Below, in pieces: positions 52,350 to 62,309 of a DNA stretch of 64,000 nucleotides (positions are counted from its first letter, which is position 1; each line of letters opens with the position of its first letter). This stretch comes from Vicugna vicugna (lineage: Eukaryota): NCBI GenBank assembly GCA_013265495.1, contig MU058781.1, forward strand, positions 538,963-602,962, written 5' to 3'. Below the pieces are notes generated by a model, which saw only the letters and a program-made list of their open reading frames with translations, was not told the DNA's origin and made no database searches. Position numbers and translations under genes: made by a program.

Positions 52350-54397
52350 AAGCAATTTGTGGTCACTGGTATCCAGTAGACTATGGCTACACCAGATTTT
52401 AGAGTCTTAACTGTGTAAGATTTCTGCATTTACAGGAAGAATATTCTAGGTTTTGAAACCATAGGTTCAAGAAATTTAGACAAGTTAACCAAGGAAATAT
52501 TCTATTTACATTATGTATATATTAGAGTTATGTATACATTTAACATTTCAACTCCCAACTGATTCAAGTTTTGCTCAAGCCAGTGGTGATGCTTCTCCTC
52601 AAGCAGAACTTTGGAAACTCCTAATTTGCATGAAAAATACGTTATGTGGTCGGAAGATCACAGAATTTCTAAATACAAGGAAATTACTGATGAAACACAG
52701 AAATATATATTGTCTCATTCTATATGAAGGAGGGAAATACGAAATAAAGGATTATTTTACACTATCTAGTTGCTGAAGCAAAAATTTATTTTGCTCATGG
52801 AAACTGCAGATGATTCATGTAAGTGTATTTTCAGTCATTAGCAACATAGAAATACATTAATCTACCAGAAGTAAATTTGGAGCAATTAATTTTGGATCAA
52901 TAGTACTGAGTGGTATCAATAAATCATACTGAAATGATTTTAGATTAGCTATGTGACCTGCACTTTGATGGTACAAAACTTCTCTTACTTGTCCATAGTA
53001 CCCAGGCAAGTGAGAACAAGTGAAAACATGGATGGTAAGGCAAGTTTCAAAACCACAGAATTAAACAAAGGAGTTTTGGAACACACCCTCATTATTCAGA
53101 ATCGCATCCAGTGATCATACCATAGAACTCTATATTTTGGATACAGGTATATATAATAACGCCCACAGATTGCATTTTCCTATTATTTTTAACTATCTTT
53201 TTGAAATACAAGTTTGTTTCTGCCTAGACAGGTTGAGACAATCTTATTTGACAGATTGTAACGTACTAACTGCTAGTTATACTTTTTCCTATTAAGAATC
53301 TTAAAGTTCCAAATTTTTCTTTCTCTTTAAGGTAAATGTCTTTCTGTTATTCACTGCAGAGTACACAGAAATTCTTCTGAAGATCTCTTTCAAAATTCTT
53401 TTTCACACATACCACAATTTCTCATTCTCCATATTACTTTATGTACGGGACACAATCTTTTGCTTTCAGCCAAGAATTTTGAGACTTTATTCAAACTTTA
53501 AAAATTCATATACGACCAGTAACAGCCATCACATCACTTGGAGGCACGAAAATACTATACTTGCTCTTCATGAGTTGAGTATTTTATCATTTATGCTTAT
53601 TAACTAGTGATAATTCAGGATAAAAAACTCAAGACTTCATTACATCCCACTTGGAAACTCATCGGGTCTCCTCTTTGGAGTCAAAATACTGCATTCACTC
53701 TATGAACTAGGCTTTATAGTCACAAATGGAATATAAACATGTTTTAGCAGTGCTGTAACCGTAGCTCACATGAGTCGTAGTGAAATCCCTTTCAAAACCA
53801 GGTTAGCACAGCCACATTATACCTCCACCAATCAACGCTGAAATTCCAACATGGTTCCCAGAGGGGTAGTGAATGAACTCTGCTATTGAAAACCATGAAT
53901 GAGACCTCTCCTCGGCCAGATGCAGGTACAACTACAAAACCTCCGACGCTAATACAGGGCAATTAGCATTTATACAGTGTTTTACAATCATCAGCTTATA
54001 TGTAAAACAACCTTACAAGCTAGATATTATAGCCCCATTTCACAGCTGTGAAAAGTAAGAGGCTCTTGCTCAGTGACACCTGATGAGGTGGCATAATCTT
54101 AGTTCTTATTTTTCTTGATGCTGATACTTACTTTTAAGTGGAGACAAAGTGCTAAGTATTACGGAATGGCTTCCAGAATCTAATGATAAAGAAAGTAGAC
54201 ACAAAATATAGGACTATGAAAGTTTTAAGAATTCAGGTTCGTTCTTGTTCCTACAGAGATTTACTGTTCCATACATTCTGTCCAGTGGCGGGACCACAAA
54301 GAGTCTACTCTGTTTATCCCATTTTCCTTTCTGTTTTTATTATTGCTGCCATCCCTCTACATCTTTCAACAGGTTAACCTCTCTCTTGACAGTTCAT
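52350..54397 (-). pseudogene. Fossil segment E: long block with EGF repeats, EYS-N-like module 2, then further EGF repeats; interrupted by a MIR
   Basis: In order: NCQE/EVN (~54390), LCGPATGQN/TVNLC (~54250-54300), EPCWN..VD..RY/CGC/PGFE (~53790-53860), SCELRLQHC (~53750), CDGCYW (~53520), LCPVH/YGE (~53430-53455), QSVGV (~53160), GM/LDAILNNEGVFQNSFV*FCG..TCL....FTCSHLPGYYGQ (52989-53125), NCSK (~52880), KFCD (~52660), SCKC/SYT (~52420). Confidence 0.7.
53961..54110 (-). mobile_element. MIR SINE inside the fossil EGF block
   Basis: AACAACCTTACAAG.TAGATATTAT..CCCCATTTCACAG.TG.GAAAA..GAGGCTC reverse MIR core. Confidence 0.7.
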
Positions 54398-54693
54398 TGT
54401 AAGCAAAAAGACATAATAATTTAAAAAGTAATTTATAAGTTCAAAAAGATTTGAGTGACAAACACCCAAACTGAAGTCATTTCCCTATTTAAATTGTAAT
54501 TTATTTTATAAACTTTACACTGGAGGAGCTAACGTCATTTCCCAGTTTTAAAGCACTGATTTTATTTTTCTTTCTTACATTCTTTCAAATTGCTAGGTCT
54601 GACTGAGCTAGTATACAAGACATAATCTGTATCCTACTATACAGCAAACCCACTCCAAATTAACTGTTTTGGAGGGGAGACGTATGGAAATAC

Positions 54694-54826
54694 CCTACAT
54701 GTAAACGTCTTGGACTCTGTAACAGAACATACTCTCATACTTTTTTGTCTTTTTGACAAATTTTGTCCAAATATTAAAGCGGCAACATGACCCAGGTCCT
54801 CTATCACTCCAGGCCATGGACAGCTC
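54694..54826 (-). pseudogene. Probable fossil EGF exon
   Basis: TGTTGTGTTTTGAATCAG acceptor. Frames give SCPWPG..EDLG/SCCR/FGQN/ESMFCY. Donor position uncertain. Confidence 0.45.
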
Positions 54827-55028
54827 CTGATTCAAAACACAACACTTTAGATCTTTGCCCATGCTTATAAGGTTGCTTCTTGGTATATTACTTAAAATAA
54901 AATTGGATTTATTTATAAGCAGTACAGAATTCATCATAATCTTTTTAGAATAAGAAACCCCAAATCAGGAAATACTGAAGGCTGTTATTAGGAATTTGAG
55001 AATTGTCTCATATTAGAAGTTGAGTTCT

Positions 55029-55350
55029 CATCTACAAAACAGAAACAGACTCGCAGACATAGTAAACAATCTTATGGTTACTTGGGGGAAAGGGGGTGGG
55101 AAGGGATAAATTTGGGAGTTTGAGATTTGCAAATGTTAACCACTATATATAAAAATAGACAAAAAACACATTTCTTCTGTATAGCACAGGGAACTATATT
55201 CAATATCCTGTAATAACCTTTAATGAAAAAGAATATGAAAACAAATATATGTGTGTGTGTGTGTGTATACATATATACATGACTGGGACATTATGCTATA
55301 TACCAGAAATTGACATATTATAACAGACTATACTTCAATTAAAAAAAAAA
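55029..55350 (+). mobile_element. Young 5'-truncated L1 3' end with TSD
   Basis: ACAAAACAGAAACAGACTC.CAGACATAG..CTTATGGTTAC..GTATAGCACAGGGAACTATATTCAATATC, poly(A) tail; TSD AAG(T/C)TGAGTTCT at 55017-55028 and 55351-55362. Confidence 0.9.
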
Positions 55351-55784
55351 AAGCTGAGTTCTGATGAGCTGAGTGTTGCATACTTAAGTTAATGTTACAC
55401 TGTTTTATCCATACACAAAACAGTATTTGAAGTCTCAGGTTATCTCTATCTTCTATAAATCAGGTTTCTTATTTAATAGAATTTTAATGCTACTTTTATC
55501 TATTTACATTTTAAATGATGAGTTGCTAATTTTGTACAATTCATGCCTTCTCTTTATTATTTCAAGTAGGATATAAAAGTTCTGGGAGAGTATCTTAAAA
55601 GAAACTGGCAATGAAAGATTTTATAATGTAAAGATCTTATGATGTAAAGAACTTTTCTACTAGATAATGTTTATCCTGGAAAGTATTATTAGTCTTACAA
55701 TGTTGCTTTAATTTTAAATGGAGCACATTAACGTTTTTAATATTTTAATACATGAACAGTTAAACAAGATGTTTAGCACAGACT

Positions 55785-55890
55785 CTGCATATTACTGGAG
55801 GGCACCTTTCACAGAACCACCCATACTTCTCACACATGGATCAACCTTATCTATGGCTCTAATTTTGGTCCAACTTTGGTCCCATCCTCA
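55785..55890 (-). pseudogene. Probable fossil single-EGF exon
   Basis: TTTTCAAG acceptor. Reads DPCVRSMGG then (frameshift) RCPP, EGF-like spacing. Confidence 0.4.
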
Positions 55891-56836
55891 CTTGAAAATT
55901 CACTCAAACAAGTAAAAAGAGGAGCTACTATCTGGGTCAACTTCTTCTGTGCCAGGCACTGTAATAACTTCGTTGCATATGTTATCTCATCAATTCTCAC
56001 AACTCAAAGAATTACGAATTATCATGTCCATTTTGGGGAGGTTGGGATACAGAGATTTACTAACTCACTTACAGTCAAGTTTAGAAGGAGGCAGATCGAG
56101 TTTGATATTGTCACACTGACATTAAAGCTCATGTTTTTAACCACTGCATCATTCTTACTAGGTCAACTCATCTTTGTAAAACTCAATTCTGAAGAGAACA
56201 GAGGAGGGGTAGGTTGATGAAATAATGGTCATGTCTGTGTTTTAGGATAAATTATTTAATCTATCAGGTTCTTAAGTCATTTTCGTAAAAATGGAAATCA
56301 TTTCAGAACAGTTTATGAGTCCTAGCAAATCACTTAGGAGTGTGCCTGGAATATACTAGGTCAGTAATTTTCAAATTTAAAAATCTACTAATTTATTCAA
56401 CAAATATATACTGAACAACTGACAATGCTCTGACACAGGCACGTGTCAAACAGATGTGACCAAGACCGATGAGAACACAGCTTCCACATATTCTGCATTC
56501 TGGAATGGGACAGGAAATAAATGAGTAATCCAAGTATCAAGACAATTTCAAATTGTGAGAAGTTCTATGAAGAAAACAGAGGCTGACGTGATAGAGAACA
56601 ACTTGTACACAGGTTGTTTGGATGCAGGTAAGAATAAGCTTCTAACACCAAGAATTCTGAAGGTAAATAACCCTAAAAAGGTAACGTAAGTTTTACGTTA
56701 TATTTTATATCCATGCAAAGTTGGCACCCTGTATTTACTTCAATAGTAAAATGTTTTGCATTACTGTCAAAATTACTGAAATTCCTCCACAAATATCAGA
56801 ACAAAACGGCGACCCAGGAAGCTGAGGGTTGCTTAC

Positions 56837-56947
56837 CTTGGGCTTCAAGTACTCGCCTCATTCCATCAGGAAAAAGCATTCGAAGGGATTTGTGAGGATC
56901 CCGTTATTGGCCGAGGTACACTCTCCACTCTCATGTGAAGACCTCTC
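56837..56947 (-). pseudogene. Fossil single-EGF exon with intact splice sites
   Basis: CCTGTCTCCCAG acceptor and AAG|GTAAGC donor, 111 nt. Reads SGECTSANNGILTNPFECF then (frameshift) PDGM, matching EGF G-x-C...F-x-C-x-C-P-x-G. All three frames contain stops. Confidence 0.65.
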
Positions 56948-58149
56948 CTGGGAGACAGGTTTTAATATAATGAGAATGGATGTTATTATTTCCTTATAGG
57001 ATGCTCACAACTAAGAGTAATCAGTTCTTAACCAAATACAATATTCTGTACTTAAAAGCAGTAGGGGCACACCTGTAAGACACTCTCCTCTTGAAATCAG
57101 TGTGTGTGTGTGTTTGTTGGTCTTTAACGTTTGACAGAAAATAAGCAATGTTTAAAGATAAAATATCTGAGTCCATATACGGCATATAAGATACTGAGGG
57201 GCTGACTCTCATCTCCATTTGGTATAAACACACACTTAAAAGGCCTTTAGCACTTAAACGGCTTATATGATGATGCGTTTTATCACAGATGTACAGTTGG
57301 CATCTACACTGTTTCCATAAAGAATAATTTAAAAATAAAGTAACTGTGGAGCTGGAAACATCTCTTTTTCATTATTTCAGTCCTCAGCTTGGGTATACAA
57401 ACTTCTCCGCGGAGCTGGAGCACATTTTTCATGTATTAATCCCGAGACTGTTGATTTTCTATTTTCCTCCAAGACAGGCGGCAGGGGCATAGCCTCTCTA
57501 CCAGATCAGCACTGTTGAATCCGTTTAGCCTCTGACTGTGATTACTTGCAGCTGGGGTCCATTTGCAACAACATTTTTATATTGTGTATAAGATTAGAGC
57601 AAACAAACTACTTTGACTACAGTATTCTCCAATTACATTAATTTCATCCACTGATGTCTTTATTTCCTTCCTTTCCAATTTAGCTGTGTAATGTGAAAAT
57701 TGGCCCTATTTTTGTGCCTATTATGATGTTCCTAATCCTCTCTTTCTTCCCACATGATGTTAGTTGCATAAGAGCACTTCACACATAAACTCTTCTAGTG
57801 GGAGTGAGTAGATTTTCCTTCTTGTAGAAGAATCTCAAAATAAGTCCTACAGTTAACTTTCCAAGTCTTGAGTTGGAGGGGACATATTCTTAACATCTAT
57901 TAAGAAAATATATAGCAGTAATATCATCTGTATCACCTAAACTTGTCATCTTTCCATGTCTCCGAACAGAATCAAAGTAGTTTAACCTGACAGAATGGAG
58001 AAAGCTGTATAGGGAATCATGGGATTAAGCACAGCAAACTCGAACTGAAGGTTTATAACCAAAAATGCAAATATTAAAAATATAAAAGAGACATAAAGAG
58101 AAAGAATAAAGGGAATACTTAAAGCAGAATAAAGGAACTTTTTAAAAAC

Positions 58150-58257
58150 CGATGTTGTACACTGTCATGGTGGAGAGAATCAGAGTCGTACAGTCTGTCA
58201 CCTGCACAGTGATACATGAACAGGACAGTAAGATGACCTCCTGAGACACAGTCCTCC
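58150..58257 (-). pseudogene. Probable fossil single-EGF exon
   Basis: Long polypyrimidine acceptor (TTTTCTTGTATTTCTTCCTCCGAG). Frames give EDC/SQEV/YC/SCSC. About 108 nt, typical of a single-EGF exon. Confidence 0.4.
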
Positions 58258-58349
58258 CTCGGAGGAAGAAATACAAGAAAATACCACATCACATAAAGTA
58301 CTAGCTGAAAACATAATTAACATGTGACTCATATTTTAAGAATCAGGAA

Positions 58350-58602
58350 CTAAGTGGTACTTAGTACAGGATAACTATAATTACACTGCTGTGGAGATAC
58401 ACGAGTTATTAGGAAAGTAGATACTCAGAGTTCTCATCACAAGAAAAAATATTTTGTTTATTTTGTGTCTATATGAGGTGATGGATATTAGTGAAGCTTA
58501 TTGTGGTAATCACTTCACAGTATAGTTAAGTTAAATCATTATGCTGTACATCTTAAACTTATACAGTACTGTATGCCAATTCTCTCAATAGAACTGGAAA
58601 AC
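58350..58602 (+). mobile_element. L1 3' UTR fragment
   Basis: GTTCTCATCACAAGAAAAAA..TGAGGTGATGGATATTA..TTATTGTGGTAATCA..TGCTGTACA.CTTAAACTTATACAGT. Confidence 0.8.
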
Positions 58603-58680
58603 AGAGCTGCATGATATGGGATTTACGTGCTCAAACAAAAATAAAAGAGAAATATTTTGTAATTTAAAAAAGATACTTAA

Positions 58681-58870
58681 TGCAGCACCCGTTATCATCC
58701 ATACTTAATTGGGTAAATACTGTTTGGTGAGAATTCAAATTTTCTTGCCATTTTTGCATAAGGTGCCTCTCACATGACTTCCTGGGGTTCTTGAGTTTGG
58801 AACAACATTTCAAAAGAAGACTATAATAATTGGAGGAACTACATAAACATACCAGTTCCATGTAAATGTC
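58681..58870 (-). pseudogene. Fossil exon B: EGF-like repeats
   Basis: Acceptor TTGTATAG. Frames give WNWY/VCLC/PP/NYY and SCERH/LCKNG. The donor position reads TTAAGT, possibly a mutated GTAAGT. Confidence 0.6.
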
Positions 58871-60407
58871 CTATACAATTAAATGTAATACATCTTAAAT
58901 GAAAAAAATAGATAATATTAGTATTTTATTTGTCATGCTGGGAAGCGTTTGCAGTGGAAGTCACTCTGAACCTTGAGTTAGGAGAACAGGCTCAGCCTGA
59001 GCACCCCCACGTGCATCACGTGTGTCACACTGACAAACCACCTTCAGATGTGAGGCCCCTGCCCACACAGAAGCCAGCCTGATCCCTTTAATACTTCTAC
59101 TGCACAGGTAAGGATCCGTGACCACTCACATACATACTACAATTAGGCATTTACATCCAGATTGGAGTGACTTTGGTGTCAGTATTTATATTTTATTAAT
59201 TATGCATTTCAATTTAAAAATATGACTCCAGACTTGTGTTTGCCTATTAAAATTGGGAAGATGATTTTTTCTTTTTTGCAGGGGGGATGGATGAGCAGAT
59301 TTTTTTTTTCCCTTATTCTCTGCACTGTAGTGATAGAACTGCATAGACAATGATAATAAACAATATCAAGAGTTCTTATGCTCTGTTTCTCTGGTCACCT
59401 ATCCTACAGTTTTGTGGCTACAACATTAAAAGATCTGAGTTCACGTTCTCACTTAGCTATTTACCAACACTGTAACCTTAGAGGAAAGCTTCCCTGGCAT
59501 TCACTATTATTTGACTGTTTTTACAGGGTCACTGAAAGGATATAAGGCAATAACATATGTAAAAGCTCTTAGTAAGAATGCAAATTTTGGCAAAGCCTCC
59601 TACTTGTAATAATCAGGGTGTATACAAATACACCAGCTTAAAATGATCCTCTGGTCTTTATAGCCGTCCGAAAGGACTATATACTCTAGTTGCAACTATC
59701 TATCTGCACTGTATTTGTAAGAGCAAATCATACTATTGTTGTTGTTATTGAAATTCACTATTGACATGTTAGCAGAAAGACATGTGATGAGAAAAGAGCT
59801 CCAGAATCTGGATTTTGAAGCCTGGGTTCTAGCCTAGATATAGCCAATGACTTATCTCTAGAGTTTGGGCTTCCATTATCCTCATATAAAGCAAAAGGTT
59901 TCAATCATACTCCAGAAGTTGGATTTTTCTCCTATTTTTGTCTCCATCCCCCTAATGAAATACAATTATTTTAAAGAAATTTACTTTTCTTTAATTTTTC
60001 CTACTTCTTTTTATTTCTTCTTTTCACTGGATTCTAAGCTTCTGAGATTTTATATTTGAGGTTTATAAATAGTAACTATAAAGAAATATAGATGAAATGA
60101 ATACAAAATCGTATGTTAATTATAACTCAATAAAAAAAGAAATATAGCTCTCCACAATCTTTATGCTTTAATTTCCTCCACAATTTATAAATTGTCTCAA
60201 GTAAGTCTTATGCCATGACTATAGAGAAACTTGCAACATGTTTAATATTATTGAAAAATAAATATTTTAAAATAAGGACATATACATTTCAAGAAAAGAA
60301 AACTATAAAGCAGGAGGCTATTCTATGGGATTTTAACAATTCATACATAAAACTAATTTTTCACCTGACTTTCTTGTTACGGTACTATTTCTTAACTCTT
60401 TCCTTAC

Positions 60408-61137
60408 CCATGGAAGAATTAAAAAAACACACCAGCTCTAAGATCCTGTGAGAACTTGTCCAACTTTTAACTCCCTGCCCTAAGTCTAAAACCAGTTGTG
60501 ATAGTTCAAATGGCATCTTTTGCAAAGCTTCCAAATGATGATCCTTCTTTATGGTTTTTTTTAATGACTTTTGGCACCCTGATATCATAAATTAAAAGAA
60601 CAGTAATTACAGTCTCACGAATAAGACTGCCTTTGATTTGGTTTAAGATTATATTATATATACTCATGCACATGAGCTATATTTAATACTCAAAATCAAT
60701 AACATAACCATCGCCAAACTTTTTAACTTACTCCACCCAGCTTCAAGTTTTTTCTTGCCTGGATATTAAAGTTGTTTGATCCACAATCAAACATTTTGAT
60801 TTCCAGTTAAACTCATAATTTACTACACTACGAGTTTACTTGTGAAATTCCACTTTGGATTTTCCTTTTAAATAGAAGCTTTTTAATGAATGGATAATGC
60901 ATTACTTTTACATTCATGGGCAGATTTCTACTTCAAGAATTTTGTGTATCTAGTCAATGCATCATATAGATAGCACCATGATTTGGAATTCACTGCAGAA
61001 TACAGTTGTGGTGTAAATTGTCAAAGCCTCCATTTTGCCCTCAGCTTCTATTCCCTCCAACATACACTGAACAAGCCAACATAAATCACATAAACGGAAA
61101 ATGAAAAAAAAATATTGAATTTGGACTTCTGGCTCAT
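60408..61137 (-). pseudogene. Fossil segment A: signal-peptide-like start, EYS-N-like module 1 and first EGF repeats
   Basis: ATG at 61137 is in frame with a hydrophobic stretch and CWRE*KLRAKW (cf. EYS CRRQLVEEW). EICP/MNVK cf. EYS QICPLQIQ; KMFDCG cf. LLFGC; GCQKSL cf. FCQESL; KLDKFS cf. ELDACS. GTAAGT donor at 60731-60726, CAG acceptor before 60578, GTAAGG donor at 60407-60402. Internal exon structure is uncertain. Confidence 0.65.
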
Positions 61138-61265
61138 GGAATCCAGTACCAGCTATATGAACAACTACTTGGGAACCCTGGAGCTTTTATTTAATTCTCT
61201 GTAAGTTCATAATGTCTGGATGAGGTAATCTCTAAAGCACTTTCTACTCTATAGTTTTTGATTCC
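61120..61265 (+). mobile_element. Degraded MIR/MIR3-like fragment
   Basis: Ends TGGATGAGGTAATCTCTAAAG..CTTTCTACTCTA..TTTTTGATTC like the MIR3 tail; 5' limit uncertain. Confidence 0.5.
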
Positions 61266-62309
61266 ATAATTCCTGTTGGCATGTTTGATTTCAGTCTCTT
61301 GCAAAACCTCAATCTATATTCCTTGCCTAGAAAATACATCTACTCCCACATGGTAATTTTTATTTATCTTACCAAAATGTACTACCTCTGCATTTTGCCA
61401 AGCTATAAACTATTCTTCCTTCAACTATAACTGTTTCTGTTGTTCTTCACAAAGCTCATTTCCATAATCAAATCTACCACTACAAGCATATTTCTTATAC
61501 ATACATTATGTTGCTTATTTTCTTTCTTATTATCCAATTCTTCTGCCTAAAAGTGGCTCTCCGACTCTAAATTTATATTGTAACTTTCTTCTGTTCCTAA
61601 TAAAGTAAGCACTCAATAAATGTTGAGTGAATGGTATGATTAAATTACTTTTAAACATCAATTTTTTAATAATTACAGCTAGCAGTATAATCTAGTGCTT
61701 CTTATTTTTTAAACATTCTAATACTCAGATATTTTGTTTGAAAACTTCATTATAAGGATGGAAAATGGTATTACTTGTCTAAAAACAACATAAAGTTCTG
61801 TTGATTAATCAGATAACTTGAGCAATAATATATACTTAACTTTGAAACTGGCATTCAGAGTTGTAAGGAGGATGCTTTCTGCCAGACAGACTTTGCTGCC
61901 CTCATGAAAACAGAAAACAAGAATATTATAAATATATATCTATATATATATAGATATATGGATATATATTTTAAGAAGCTGAAAGAGTCATATTTTCATC
62001 TAGGAAATTATTGGGTCACCCAAGAATTAAGACAATTAATAGAGTTAAAAAAAAAAAAAGGAAGGAAGGAAGAACTAGAGTCAGGAAGTGAGAGAGAATA
62101 ACCTCTATCAAAATATTTTCGAAAGCTCTTTGAAAGAGGGACCCTGACTTCCTCATGTTTCTATCTCAAGGACCGGGCGCAGAGCTTGGCACACAGTTGG
62201 TCCTGAATAAATACAGTGAATTTAGAGAAGAAAGGATTACAAGGTTTGGCATCAGCTAATCATTTGCACTTGAGTTTGATTAGCTCTTTGGTTGAGTACT
62301 TACATTCTA

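Larger units (their letters stand above)
52350..61137 (-). pseudogene. Decayed multi-exon pseudogene of a secreted EGF-repeat protein with two EYS-N-terminal-like modules (EYS-like paralogue)
   Basis: Manual minus-strand translation across stops and frameshifts gives collinear motifs: MSQKSKFNIFFSFSVYVIYVGLFSVCWRE*KLRAKW, FCSEF, EICP, MFDCG, GCQKSL, KLDKFS, then EGF fragments (VCLC/PP/NYY, CKNG, GECT..FEC/PDG, TGQN/VNLC, EPCWN..VD..RY/CGC/PGFE, FTCSHLPGYYGQ, NCS, KFCD, SCKC/YT). Several blocks are bounded by AG/GT splice signals. The lower boundary is approximate. Confidence 0.75.

Noticed and set aside
54790..54826. CPWPGVI as a PWWP-domain motif
   Set aside because: No other PWWP features; the neighbouring blocks fit EGF repeats better.
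56682..56700. Short inverted repeat TAACGTAA-gtt-TTACGTTA
   Set aside because: 8-bp arms are expected by chance in 64 kb of AT-rich sequence.
60930..61066. VYVGG..GQNG (RCC1-like) and H*LD (RluA-like) motifs in another frame
   Set aside because: Short isolated matches; the EYS-like reading explains many more collinear motifs.
52350..61137. That the fossil is the EYS orthologue itself
   Set aside because: Similarity is motif-level only, the blocks span ~9 kb rather than megabases, and the N-terminal module appears twice. Synteny is needed for a final answer.
61110..61137. Treating ATG 61137 as a certain start codon
   Set aside because: It may overlap a MIR-like fragment, so the MSQKS vs MTDKS resemblance could be chance. 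Kept as tentative only.
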